A stretch of 64,000 nt of DNA from NCBI GenBank assembly GCA_037379345.1, contig CM074513.1, positions 21,390,001 through 21,454,000 on the forward strand. Reading direction: 5' to 3'. How positions within the stretch are numbered: the first letter of the stretch is position 1; each line of letters opens with the position of its first letter. This DNA is from Perna viridis. Taxonomy: Eukaryota. Position numbers and translations under genes: made by a program. The notes beneath the pieces were generated by a model. The model saw nothing but the letters and a program-made list of their open reading frames with translations, had not been told where the DNA came from and made no database searches. Shown one piece after another: positions 12,625-26,604 of this stretch.

Positions 12625-12978
12625 GAATCAAGCAGTGGGTGAAACATGGTATATAAACCCTTCATTTTGATAGTGTAATATCACTTTTTGCACCATCAGA
12701 TTCAAGGAAAAAATATAATATCTACCATATCATGTTGATTCTTGGAGTTTTAATTTCATTCAAATGCACTGAAAATAAACATTTCAAGGGCAGAAAACTG
12801 TGTCAAAAACCTCATTTTTTCTGACATTCCATTGAAAAATTTCCGAATAAAACCAGTGATGCAGAGATCAAATATTGGCCTTTTCAAATAGAAAAAAAGT
12901 ATTCTTTAGTGACACACTTTGTCCGATCGGTAGGGTTATGACATGCATGTTTCTAATTTTCCCGATTTTACCTGATTC
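12625..12978. mobile_element. TTAA-flanked MITE family B (~355 bp)
   Basis: gtaa|gaatcaagcag ... ttacctgattc|ttaa. Opposite orientation to 35405-35763. Confidence 0.65.
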
Positions 12979-14957
12979 TTAATGCAATTACACTTAAGTT
13001 ATATTAAGGGAAAGTGTCTGGGTTAGACAAATTTCTGGATTATTCAGGGTTCGGTTCAGACAGGTGGTACTGTATAAACAATCAGTTTATTATGCTTATT
13101 ATGCTTTATTACCATTACATTCAAACCGGTTTCAAAGTTAAGATCATTGTAAAGCATACTGAATAATTCAATGCTGATAATAATGTATCATTATCACCCA
13201 CATCGAGATAGCTAATTGCAATGATTGTTTCGTTGTATCTGTGAAACTATTTAATTTAGGTAAACATGATTAAAGTAATGTTTGCGAAAGATCTGAAAAG
13301 AAACCACTCCAAAAATACATTGGCTGTCTCTCCTAATCTAATAAAATGATATTTTGTCTGTTTTCTACAGTTTACTCTTAACAGCTTTATCGGAGGAAAT
13401 GAAAATGATTTACTGATACTGCTAAAGCATTTCACACTCTAAAACCAAACACAATATCTATATTGTAGCTCATTCCAATTATTTATAAAACTTGTAAATG
13501 TTCATTATATTTCGGTGGTCAATGGGTATGATTGATTGGAGATCAATTTAGGCACTGGTCCATCAAAACTTAATGCAGATCATGAAAATTCTATCTTTGT
13601 TAACTTTCTTAGTAAAGTTTAAACAATTTGTAAGTCTAACAAGTGAATGGAAAATCAACAAAATGATTAACGCGTTAAAGGAAAAAATCTTGAAGAAACT
13701 TGTGGATAATATTTTTCCAGTAGTGTAAATAACCTGTTTCATTACTTTTCTTACTTTTTATCCAGGAACAGCTTGTATTTCCCTTTGACGTATTTTCATT
13801 TGTTGCTTTGAATCTTTGGCGAACATGTACTTAAAGAATGTCCAACGCATCAGAACAGAATAACGTAACGCTTTGTATGTTAAATGATGTTGTGCTTGAT
13901 TTTCTACATTATTGATATGGCTTGAGAGGAGCAAAATGATCGCTGGCATTGACATAGTTGCAGTAGATATTTTATGATTGACAAGACAAACCTTTAAAAA
14001 AAATATACAAATTGCAGTGTACGGTTTGACTTAGCAAAACTTAGATGTGTTAGCTTTGGTGTTAAAGATATTTTAAGCACACTTGGCATTAATTCTATCT
14101 AGCCTTACTTTCGAATAATTATTTCTAAACATGCATATATTGCTCGTGTATACGTAATAGTATACCCTAATGTGATTTATGTGACATTTGTAATAATTGA
14201 ATATTGTTGGTGTTTTTTCACAATTTCTTTTTTATATTTTCGCTTAAAACCATGTAATAAATTATTTAAGTCCTATTCACATCAGCTTGGGAAGAATAGT
14301 TCTGGTCCATAAAGAAATTTACAAAGTTAATGCAGTAGTATTAGAGTAAAAACAAAAAAAAATCCAAAAATCTTAAAACTTTAGTTTCTTAATCAAGTGA
14401 TAACTCGAGTGCGTGCATTTGAATGGTCCCTTATAATTCGAGCTTAGAAGACTAGACTGTACATATGTAACACCACTATTTTGTTTTTTTTTTACATTGA
14501 ATATAAATTGATTAAGTCGACATATATATATAATAGGTAAATTTATAAAGTTTCATATTCCATTCCTTTAGTTTTTGGTACATGTACCATTACCATTTGG
14601 TGAGTTTTAATCAATACAATTACTGGTATCGGAAAAAACGTGTTTGATAAATCAAGCATAAGGTTATAGACAATCTTATCTATCTCTTAATTAACTGTAA
14701 CATTCTTTCTAATGTGTTTCTATTTTAATTAGTAACTTCATTTTCTCATTTTCCTTTATCATCATAAATTTATTACTATGCTGACATAAACTTTCGTTTG
14801 AAAAACTAGAACCATAAAGAAGATTGCGTTTCACGGATCATGTTCAGATTATAATTACATTTTGTTTTACTCTCATAAATTCCGATTAGTATATTGATCA
14901 TAGTTATATGTTGGATTGTAGAAAAAATTATATATATAACCAGTGTTTACTCGTTAT

Positions 14958-15049
14958 TATCCTGGTTCCCGGGACTACGTTCCAGGTTTTAGCTACTATC
15001 AATACATATATGTGTAACATACTGAATATTGCGATCGGGAACCAGTCTA
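14958..15049. mobile_element. 92-bp MITE with 13-bp TIRs and a 9-bp TSD (AcademH-like, inferred)
   Basis: TSD ACTCGTTAT at 14949-14957 and 15050-15058. TIRs tatcctggttccc / gggaaccagtcta. Confidence 0.8.
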
Positions 15050-15532
15050 ACTCGTTATGAAGTCAAAGCCAAATCTATCGATACAATGGCACACAAGTAA
15101 TAGATATACATTGTATATAAATTTAGAGTTTTTTAAGTTACTGATATAACCAGGGAGTTTTAATTCCTGATCAAGAAATTTGTTTCTCTTAGAATTATTG
15201 AATACGTGTGACCGCAAAAATCAGACTAGCCTAGTATGATATACGTTTTTAACAAAAATGACAAATTCTGTACAACACGCCGAAAAATAATCATGGGATT
15301 TCAAGCAATGCTATAAAGAATTTGTTGGTAATATAAGGAATTAAACCTGTAGGAAAATTTCGAAGTGCATTTCATCCACTTTTATAATGTTTTTATTTAT
15401 AAGACTTTTCTATTGTTCTTAAGTCATAAGATGACAAATAGTTATATTTATCCTTAATAGTTGTTGTGCTCTATAGCTGCCCCGAATACATTTAAATGCA
15501 TCGAATCAGATGTGAGGTATATACTCTTAGAC

Positions 15533-15733
15533 AAAGAGTAATCAAGGGAACCAAGGTTATAGCGGTAATCAAAATAATGTAATCCAGGGACAAAGACCAG
15601 ACATGGAAAAAGAGATATACACAACAAAGAACATAAAGTAACTAAAATCATACATACAAAGTAACAAAAGTTAATGAGCAACTCGGACTCCACAAAAAAT
15701 GGGAGCATGGACCAGGTGCACCGGTAGGGTAAG
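15533..15733 (-). mobile_element. Naiad family A, 3' UTR-only copy
   Basis: Near-identical to 3707-3906. Confidence 0.9.
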
Positions 15734-16840
15734 TGTTGAATAATTAGGGTATAAAATGGGAGAATATCTTAAACAAAATTCACTTAAAACTTATTTATGA
15801 TTCACAAAAGGCATATGCCTTCAGTATAATAGTTTGGCCACAATTGCCTTAGAGACAGGCTTTTGGACCAAGCTTATAAGAAAAAACGTCTCATGTGCTG
15901 TTTTATTTTCGATATTCATATCTTTCTGAAAAATATTCTTTTTCTGATTAACAGAAACTACATGAATGATTTTCATAATGTCTACAAATTAATTTTCTGT
16001 AGTTTTAACTTGCATGTTATTCAAAAAGTGTAAAGTCATACATAGTATTGATATATTATTGAGCACGAAATTCGCAGCTGCACTCTCATATTTTAATTAT
16101 ACATACTCTTCAATTACTATTTCGACAAATATTTTAAAATATTAATAGACAAAACAATGTTCGACGTATGAACATATAACACGTGACAATCAATGCAATT
16201 ATGTTCTATCATTAGCAAAGGTTAGATGAACACTACAGTTACTGGTGATGTATTGAGATTGAAGACAACACGTTAACACAGTTGCATTTGTGATAAAGAA
16301 AACAATGAAAACAATGCAATGATAGAATAGCTTGAATAATACAATTCTGACTAATCTTTTGTCCACAAACTAGAGTTTTACAAGAATGTTTCAATGAATA
16401 TCATGACAAAACATACCCCTTTGTTTCTCGATTCGTCAATAAATTTGATAAACTGCATAATTGTTGATTCAGACATTGTATGTTCTCTGAAAGCATTAGC
16501 CGTATTGGGTGATGTGTACATATACGTTGCTCTTTAAATGGATAAATAAGGTGTTCGAAACATATGATTATAAGTTCTCATTTAATTTAGTATATATAAT
16601 AAATAATATAAACTATAGCATGATGACGAACAGCTACCTTTTAAAAAGAAAATGATATACATAGTTTTCAGGAATTACTTGAATTGTCGCGATGTATACA
16701 GAAGGTTTTTTTTTTCTATCATCGATGATTGTTCTGGTATTAAAGAACCTCAACCCAAACGCCGCTAATAATTCCGCTTCCATTACAGTAAATTGGTAGT
16801 ATAAAATTCCTACCGATCAAAATGGGAAAAATCAAAAGTC

Positions 16841-16917
16841 AAAGAGCAATCAAGGGAACCAATGCTACCGGTAGGGTAAGCGTCCTCTGTTTTTCTAGAA
16901 ACTTCCACCGAGTTGCT
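16841..16917 (-). mobile_element. Naiad family A 3' UTR with internal deletion
   Basis: The terminus aagagcaatcaagggaacca is joined almost directly to accggtagggtaagcgtcc...ccgagttgct. Confidence 0.75.
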
Positions 16918-17099
16918 AAAAACATGCAGTTAAATATGAACAATAAATCAGTTAAAAAACACTTAATACAATTATAATAAAGAAATCAACTTCAAAACAT
17001 TCTTGAAATTTGTGGTGAAGACGCATCAAATTTAAGATGAAAAAGAGCGTCACAAGCAGAAATCACGGACAATAAATCAGTTGATATCAAGAAAATGAA

Positions 17100-18716
17100 C
17101 CATCTGTTATATGTTTGTCAGATGCAGGTTATTTCTTAATAAGATCTAAACATCGGAAATAAATATTATTTAGGTAGCGTATGGCATATTTTTCATAAAA
17201 TAATTCCAAAACCTGTAAAAGTAAGAATAGTGACTGCTAGCTCTGGCATATCTCAACAACTTAGAAATATGTAGGGAACCTGATATTTTACTGCACCTTA
17301 AACGAAATATATAATGTTTAAATCAAAATCGCCTCGTTTTTAATATTTGTTTGTACCTAGATGACCACTTTCGTCAAATTTGAAATAAAAATCTTCAATT
17401 GATGCGGATGAAGATGTGCCGGTAGTATCTTTAATTTCCTGTTATGGTGGAGAAATAAACAAAAGCAATTTTCTTAATTTAGATTTTTTGTTGCTGAGAC
17501 CATTGTCAATATATCTATATCTAAAACTAAAAGATCTGGCCTCTTTATTCTTCTTGTCTTTCATACGATTTTGAAGAAACTTCAATTCATATGAATTAAA
17601 CAGTAGATCAGCTAGGAGAGGGGTACATTGGGATTTCGATAACCTGTTGAAAAGGTGAAAATGTGTCCCTCCAAAAATGACAAATATGCTGTCAAGAAGA
17701 AACTCCAGCATACTGATCACATGTTACTCGGTAAAACAGCTTTTTTATTTGTGTGGGTTTTTATGTAGGAATTTAGTACACGTATAGTAAGTCTTCAGAT
17801 TTCTCAACCGAGAAAGTATACAACGAAGCCATAATGGACTTATAGTTACAAAAATGTAGCTAGGATTTCATCCTTCCAGGGGCCTTTCAGAGATCACTTA
17901 AAGGTGTGTTTACTCATATTAAAGACCTTTTCGTGATCTCTGAAAGTATTTACTATCTTGTAATTAGGTTATAAGCTGATGCATTTGTTAGGTTTTACGA
18001 TATCCGTTCTTTTCTCTGTTGTCTGTATTTAGGATAATTCGAATTATCTTTGATTCATAACTCTTTTATTAAGTATTCACGGTAACGCGCTTAACATAAC
18101 AACCAATAATTTTAAGGGCTTTGTTCACAGGAATAACAATATATTTCTCATGAAAGGAGGAGGAACATTTTGCAGGTTATTTGTCTTTGAATACTGATTT
18201 AGGTTGATTATTCATACAGCGTTTGAGGTTGCGAGGTTGTATCAAAGACCTTACTGGACTGGAGTAAATCAAGTTCTGCATTTTTTTCCTTCTCTCTTTT
18301 TACCAACGCCCTCGCATATTCTTGAACTGCGTTAGTGATGCTTTTTGAGTTTTGGTACCAGTTTATATGTTGTGGGCCTCTGATCTTCTGACCACGAGGT
18401 ATCACTTTCCGAAGATTCTCATTTTTCATAATATTCAGAGCGTCAGTGATGACAATACAAGAAGGGCTGGAACCAAAGGGAACTTAGGAACACTCACAAT
18501 TCTACGCTTCGGTCTTGCAATGGTGTTGTAACTGTAGGATACAATAGGGACAGATTGGTTTGTTTTGAAATAAGGCGGTTTAATTTTCATTACTACTTTT
18601 CGGATAAGAATGTTGCTGATGTTGATCACATCAATACCTTTGTTCGCAAATTGAATGTACAGACATTTCTGTTGTTTTCATAATAGGATTTCGATCTGTG
18701 AGGTTTGATAAGTCGG
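17100..18716 (-). pseudogene. Older, divergent Naiad element (family B): linker + RT, heavily decayed
   Basis: Minus-strand peptides FANKGIDVINISNIL, PPYFK..VPIVSYSY, NCECS (CxC at 18490-18498), LRKVIPRGQKIRGPQHINW, PLLADLLFNSYE, YRYIDN, EIKDTT, LLRYARA. Confidence 0.8.
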
Positions 18717-19246
18717 AAAGAGTAATCAAGGGAACCAAGGTTATAGCGGTAATCAAAAGAATGTAATCCAGGGACAAATACCAGACATGGAAAACAGACA
18801 TATACAACAAAAAACATAAAATAACTAAAATCATACATACAAAGTAACAAAAGCAAATGAGCAACTCGGACTCCACTAAAACTGGGAGCATGGACCAGGT
18901 GCACCGGTAGGGTAAGCGTCCTCTGCTTTTCTAGAAACAACCGCCGAGTTGCTCATAAAAAGTCAAGTCCGAGGTAGACAAACGAGGAAAGGAAAACTAT
19001 GACCCGTTGAATAAATCAGTTTTCATGGTGCAGATGGATACACCATAACGATCCACGAGTTCATGATGACAACCATAAAACCTCTGTAGTGATGCCTTCA
19101 ATCTTGTTGCAACATAACCCTGTTCCAGAAGCCTATTTGTTAGAGTTCTAGCGAGATACGAAAAGTCTGCGTAGTTTCGGCAAGCTCTGGCATAACGTAT
19201 GAGTTGTGATATGAACACTCCATACGCAGGTGCTGAAGGGATGTTG
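18717..19246 (-). mobile_element. Naiad family A, young 5'-truncated copy (RT C-terminus + 3' UTR)
   Basis: Intact GVFISQLIRYARAC...MKTDLFNGS* followed by the 3' UTR. Confidence 0.92.
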
Positions 19247-19984
19247 ATTCAAAACATAACATTCCAACAACTCTGTCCGACTAAGTGTTTCTTTTCCAAT
19301 ATGTTAAACTTGATTTAATTAGACAGTTTTACTGTTTTAACCAATGGCTTAAATGACGTTCAGGACCTTTTACGAGTAATATTCGTCAATCTTTTACGTA
19401 TCCTTAAACGTTGATTGGCCAAGAGGTTTTATTCTTTCATTTGTCACAATAGAAAAATAACAGAATGGGAAAAATGCAGCAAGTGCACGATGCTGCCTCT
19501 ATTATAACATCCAAAGAATATGGGTTTTCAGGTGCATTTGATAAACAAATTTATCCAAATTCATAAACTAAATGTAGAGCCGTAAGAGAGTTGTATATGA
19601 TGCAAAATAAAACAATAGGGTGATATAATATATAACCTTACTACACCGTGGTGTATAATAAAATATGAAAATAGAGATGGCTTTGAGATTAAAAGTCTTA
19701 TTGGGGGCTTATTAGATAGTTTTATTCTGGTGATATTATTAGCAACATCATTTCAGTTATAAAATCGTTTTCTCAGAAGATTTGTATTTAATAATGATCC
19801 TGGAATTCCTTTACATTCCATGAATTCGGTTCTTTCATCAATTCAATATTGGTTTTATTCCTAATGTCTCTAGTGTAACAAATGTATATGATATTCAAAC
19901 CATATGAGAATAGAATTGTAATTTACAACTATCGGCAAAAAAGTACGGCAATTCAAATATATTAAAATTCAAGAACATTGCCTG

Positions 19985-20200
19985 AACACAGTTAACAAAG
20001 ATGATCTACATTCACAACATAGCAAACTAAATGAAATATATTACATAGTAACCTGAGTATAAGAGAAAAAGTAGTAACACAAAGAAGTGAAGCACCAGAA
20101 ATATGAACTCTCACACAAAAGAAGTGACATCAGGTGCTCCGCTCCGGAAGGTAAGGCATGTTCTTTTCCGCCAGCGGCTCCATTTATATTGCAAGTGACC
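19985..20200 (-). mobile_element. 3' end of another, probably Penelope-like, family carrying a homologous structured motif
   Basis: Minus strand ...catgccttaccttccggagc(ggagc)acctgatgtcac... resembles family A gacgcttaccctaccggtgcacctggtcc and is followed by a T-rich tail. Confidence 0.55.
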
Positions 20201-21670
20201 ATAATACAGGGATAGTCTAGCAACCCAAAACAAGTCAAAAAGGAGTCACATTAAAAAATCACAATTGTCACATCATTCAATTCAACAAAATATTATAAAT
20301 CAAATCAAGATAATCAAAAGTCACAACATTGAAAATGGGTAAAAACAATTATATATAAACGCAAACACATTTTGTCTTCATTTACGTTGCATCGTCTTAA
20401 AAGCTGGACGCTAACAATACAATACATGTAAAAAGTACATTTGAGTTAGTTTCTTATTACATGTACTGGACCTTATACTTTGCACATCTTCTTATACGCT
20501 CTATCAGTTTGTGCTAAATGTACAGTTTAATCTAGATAAATTGGACCCCAAAAAAATACCTAAATATTCGTGATCCTTTTATCGATTACGCTTTCATAGA
20601 TATTACTATAAGAGCTGGAATATATGATAACTTTTGTACCAAAATGAGTGAATTTTTACAATATTATTGTCATCATTTAAGACTCTTCGTCATTGATTGA
20701 AGTTTTGTTACGAATATCATTATAGATTAGATTTTATAACAAATATTTGAAGAAAATATTTGTAGTCAAATATTGATGTTATGTCTCGAATGCCATTAAA
20801 TGATGTAGTGGTTATAAAACGTAAATAGTAATTTTCCATCCTAATTACTGATAACAAAAATAATGCAAAATTATATTTTTATGTTGGTGTGGGTTTATCG
20901 AAAAAAGGTTTGCATAAACTAAATACATCTGAAATAATTGACTAGGCACAATTAACGCTCCAGGAATGAATTAAACAGGTTTTCAATAATAAATTTGATG
21001 CAGAGTCACGCTTGGCATTATTGATAAAAGCATTACATCTTTTGTTACAAATAATAACTTTAAGTAATATTAATTGAAACTGTTAAAATAGTGAAAGCGC
21101 CTACAGGTTCTCATCTTAAGTGATAAATTTTATTAATTGTAGCATAGATGGAAATGTGCTCTCGTTGAAGTCATAATACCTTGTCTGAGTGCACTTTCTG
21201 TATATTACAAATTAGTATCTAGAGGATTTTTTCGCAAGGTTAATGCCATCCAAAACATAGTTTTGATAAACATGTTGGTGGCTCTATGTACTATATCGAC
21301 TGAATGCGTCAAATTAAGAGACAAACAAAATGTAAAAGCATTTTTTTTTATCGTTGCGACATATATGTTTTACTTGTATACAGTAGTTTAAGTTGTGTAA
21401 AAAATACTTTATTAGTAATGTTAACTGTCTTTGTAAGAATTTAGTAGTAGGTGAAGCATATTTGTTAAATCAATAAACACATCATTCTGAAAAAAAAATA
21501 AACATCTCAACTGATGCAGACATCAAATAGAGGTCATATCAAATAGAAATGCACGTTTTAGAAGTTTCGAATATTGTCTGAGTCTTTTAAAGACTTGTAC
21601 TCTATGCAAATTGTACAATGAGAGATAAAATAGTAAAATAGGCAAAGTTTAACATTCTTTTGATATCCGA

Positions 21671-21700
21671 TAGAATCTTGTTTCCCTTGATTACTCTTTT
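21671..21700 (+). mobile_element. Naiad family A terminal stub (~30 bp)
   Basis: tagaatcttgtttcccttgattactctttt. Confidence 0.65.
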
Positions 21701-23210
21701 CAAGAAGGCTTTAATGAAACTTTTCACTGTTTCATTTTTGTAACTCCTATGTTTTGTCTTTAGTTGACCGGATTTTTTTAAACGCAATACTTGTTATAGA
21801 TAATATGAGCACAATATAATGCAACATAATTTGTTTTTACATGTTATAATTTGTTTTATTGTTGACAACTGGTGTAATTGCGGAGTCATTTCCTTTCTAT
21901 TAGAAAGAGTTTGAAAAGCTTTGAATAATTGTAATACTTAAAATAATAGGGTTCAAGTTAAATGGGTAGCATGAAGTTTGATTGATAGCAAATGTTTTAT
22001 AAAAATATGAACAGTAAATTGTTGGTGTTAGTTTACTAATTTCATACTAATGGAAGTCTCAATCTTCCTGTATTTTCTTTCTTACAAATGGCTGTTTCAA
22101 CTGTGTCTGTGAGTCAATTTGAATTATCTAGAAAATAGCTATTATAATGGACAGAATTTAATTAACGATCCGGGAATTAATTAATCTTTTTACTGGTTTA
22201 TACCACAAAGACCCACAAATGGTAGAAATGAAAAAAGCATCCAGGTTGTTTCTCTTCGATGATCTCCGGTAGTATTGTTTCAACTCTTATCAGTTTTCGT
22301 AACACTTGTTTGAATTTTACTTAGTTAAAATTTTACATACTTCTGTCATACAGTTTAACACTGAGCATTTTTGACAGGCAAACATCTTTAAATACACAAA
22401 CATATACAAGAAACATTACTAAAATTGAATTTCTGCCTTCTGCTAACACATAATCATTATTCATGTTTAGCATAATAAACATTATGTGCAATATGTTTTG
22501 TCTTTTACATTCTTTCTCTTTATTTAAAAAAAATAGCTTTTTTTCACGTGTCTATTTTGTACATAGAGTGACTGAAGTGAAAGAACGAAGCAAGGTAAAT
22601 TGAAACAGTTTACATAAATTTAACAAACATGAACATATAAGTCGATGGGCAAGATGATTGTCCTTGTTCTGTGAAATTAAGAAACAGAGAAGTTTGAAGA
22701 TGGGTATAATTGTCTTAATAATGGATAAAAACATAAGGCGACACGATATTTGAAGAACTTGGGGACGCGAAACTTAGATGTTATTACGTCAGTATAAGTC
22801 CCTTGTTTACGCTCTCAAATAAAACACTTAAAGTGTATTTTTCTAAATTGCTCTGTTGACTAGGATAAAATAAACAGATCGGTTTGGTATATCTCTAGTG
22901 TCATGTCGGTTTATAGCGTCATTTTTATTGTTATAAAACGTATTGCTTACATCTTTTACTGTATGTCAAAATTTTATTTGTTTTATGATTTTTGTTTTAT
23001 CTTATCAGGTGCCATGTTTTTAATACGGTCCGGATATTGTAGTTACATGTAAGAATTTAGCAGACTAACAAATACTCCTGAGAATTTTGAAGATGTATTA
23101 TTTTTAGACGCGATATATTTCACTGGTTAACTATTTCTGTGCGTATTGCATTCAGTATTTCTAATATCCCCGTGCAATACAACAGACGTAGAAAAGAGCA
23201 GTACACCACA

Positions 23211-23627
23211 GCTTCTGGAACAGGGTTATGTTGCTACAAGATTGAAGCCATCACTACAGAAGTTTTATGGTCGTCATCATGAACTCGTGGATCGTTATGA
23301 TGTATCCATCTGCACCATGAAAACTGATTTATTCAACGGATCATAGTTTGCATTTCCTCGTTTGTCTACCCTGGACTTTACTTTTTTTTAGCAACTCGGC
23401 GGGTGTTACTAGAAAAGCAGAGGACGCCTACCCTACCGGTGCACCTGGTCCATGCTCCCATATTTTAGTGAAGTCTGGGTTGCTCATTTACTTTTGTTAC
23501 TTTGTATGTATGATTTTAGTTACTTTATGTTCTTTGTTGTGTGGGTCTGTTTTCCATGTCTGGTCTTTGTCCCTGGATTACATTATTTTGATTGCCGCTA
23601 TAACCTTGGTTCCCTTGATTACTCTTT
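23211..23627 (+). mobile_element. Naiad family A, 5'-truncated copy
   Basis: LLEQGYVATRLK...MKTDLFNGS* plus the complete 3' UTR. Confidence 0.92.
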
Positions 23628-26402
23628 GAATAGTTTTTTTATTTATTTTTTAATTACTAATGCTCCTTTTGCAATATTTCAAAAGATTTAGGTTATTCTT
23701 TTACTACTCTTGTTACTCTAGAATTTATTGATAAATGTACGGACAAGCCTATTTTATGCTTAAAACAATACCGACATAAGGAAACAACACTGATGGTTAT
23801 AAGGAATCTATTGTCTAAATATATTATGTAATAATACGCGCTAATAGACACTTCATGGCAACGTGCGTAAACAAGCTAACAATTCGGCTTTATGACTACG
23901 TACATTTATTTTGTCTCATTTTGATCTTGTCTATTTTTAAGACGGGTTGTCAATTGATTGTTATACGATACCAAACATTATTCAGGCTATTAATGTCTTC
24001 AATACTTTATGTAAATTTAAGGGTCCCACTAATTGCTTTAATAATAGTTTCCTATGGAAATCATACTATAATATTTTTTTTATTTGTTTTTGTTTGTTTG
24101 TTTGTTTTCCGTTTCTTTGTTAGTCATACTATTTTCAATTCATTTCGATAACCAATAGAATAAAAGTGTACGATTTGCCAACATTTCAAAGATACCGCGG
24201 GTCGATCCCGAATGGTGTAAATGATTATAATGTGTATTGGTGGATTTACATTTTTTCGGCGGGTTTTTTGTTACAGGATCTTTCCGCAGGTTTTCGCTCC
24301 AATGTTCAGGCACAAGAAAAAAAACAGTTCAAAACAGTCTGTTTGATGGTTCAGATATTCTGGTTTGGATTCAGCTGAAATAGCTATAAATGGAAACCAA
24401 ACTACATTAAATCAATTGATTTTAAAGAAAGATAAAATCGGTGAGAAAACGAGTACTTGTTTAAAATGGCAAACTTTGCTGTTAAATAATTCACCTCTTA
24501 TACAATTTCACTAACTGAACATATTCTACTACAATTACAGTATTATTTTTTCTCGGAATGTATTTAGTAAATCCTATATATCATCGATGTGTGGTGTCAA
24601 TTTACAAGAAAAAATAAAGCTCTGAATGATGCACCAGTCCCACTTGTTCCTGTTAAATTTCAAATTCAAAACATGCCCCTTTATTAGGATGCTTTCTTCT
24701 ATTACTTTTTGGTGCTGTTATAATTCGGGAAAAATTATGTTGTCTTCATTTTAAAGCGTTTTTTTTTTTACAATATATCATTGTTGTATGATTGAGTTGT
24801 TGTCAGTACGCTTGAAACAATTCTTAAATTTCCTTTTACAAAATTCAATATTTTTGCACCATATAGAATGAAAGTTCACACCATAACACTAAAATGTGCA
24901 CGCATAGACATGAACGAAATAAATTCATATAGAGTCACTAGGTCTGTATATACAGAGTTTCATCCATTAACGAATGTAAAGTAAAAGATAGTATCTGATG
25001 GTATGGGTGATTATTGATGTTAGAAGTCCTTGTTGGGGCTCTCAAATGTCAAAGCATCCCATCACTTCAAAAGTCGATAAAAAAATAAATGTATGTTCAT
25101 GCACCATGCTAAGTATGTTTTATCAAAAGTTCCATGTTAAGTTCTCGTATCAAATCTTTGATTCATTTTCATTTATCTAGTATGAAGTTGACCTATATAA
25201 AATGGCCTGGACTTGAGATGCTTCAATTGTAATCCTTTTTTTTTCAAATAACGGAGTGCGTGATTGAATATAAAAACTGCAATATTTGTTGAACTTTTGT
25301 GCTAGATTATTTTTTCAGTGGTCATATTTAAAGATATATGCTAACTAAACTCATTCCTATCGTTTTTTTTTCCAAATATCCATTCCAAAAATAATCCGAC
25401 TTTCGACATGATCGACCTTGAGTTTTGGTATGTGTCTTTAACTGAAGAAGATGTCATATAATACAAACTGTAACTCAAATGTATTCTATCAATTTTAAAA
25501 AAACGTATGGTAATGTAAGTTTGTCAGACATAAAAATACAAAAGGAGTGGCAATTCAATTTCTTGTCCTTTAACCATAATTTCGCCGCATATTACGTACG
25601 GCTTAACTGACATATTGATGGCAAGAGATGAGTACTTAATATTTTGATATTCTTTTATTGACTTTACAGTCATAGATGATGCTTAGCAATAACAATCTGT
25701 AAAAAAAAGTATCGACTCGCAAACGAAGTTGTATTAGACCTCTTAGGTGGACCAATCTAATTAAAATCAGTAATTTATGACGAAAATTTGAAGGGTTTTT
25801 AAAGTTGTCTTGGCCTTGATTTTGACGATGAAGTTTAATATATAGAGATTGAAAGACTTTGTTCACACATTTCTTTACAATAAAGTTGTATATGCAGTTT
25901 ATTTTTTTTTTTTTTTTGGAGTTCTATTAACAATTGGAAATGTAATTGAAGAGTTCCTCCGATGATTACGTAAAATATAACAACGATGAGTTCCCTTGAT
26001 AGTAATGGAAATGTACAATTGTTTATGTGTTTAAGTGATCGCTATACAGTTATGAAAGTATAACAACTAAAGATACTATAGCAAAATACTTATTGTTTAC
26101 TTATTTAATGACATTAAATGTTCTTTTCTAAACTATAAGGACAGATAAAAAAAAATACTCATACGCCTACTTTGGATATATCATTGACCTTTCCACTTAT
26201 TTGCAAAGGGTAAATTGCATTCGTTGTCCGCAACAGTTATCTCAATGACTGACTTTGAACTGATGTACACAGAGATCATACTAAGAACCAATCTTTATTT
26301 CAAGTAATCATAAAATATAAGAAATTACCAATCAATTGATAGTATTGATACCATATGTCTAACAGGTGAGTTTTAATTTTATGTTATAAACTTATGATTT
26401 AA

Positions 26403-26604
26403 GGAGATAGACCTAGGGTAAGGGACACACATCATTCAAACGTTTGTATTCAGCATTTAACACCAATTCTATATAAGCATCTAATTAACTAGGATTCATT
26501 TAATTCTGCTTTAAACAAAAGTTTGAGAGGCTTTTGAAATTGAATATAATACAAGCCATATCACTGATTTCATGAGTTGTGTCCCTTACCCGAGGTCTAC
26601 CTCC
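26403..26604. mobile_element. TTAA-flanked MITE family A
   Basis: TTAA|ggagatagacctagggtaagggacac ... gtgtcccttacccgaggtctacctcc|TTAA. Confidence 0.85.

Noticed and set aside
8700-26371. Isolated strong donors at 8759 (AAG|gtaagc) and 26366 (CAG|gtgagt) as further first exons
   Set aside because: No compatible ORF or homology support; such motifs are expected by chance over tens of kb.
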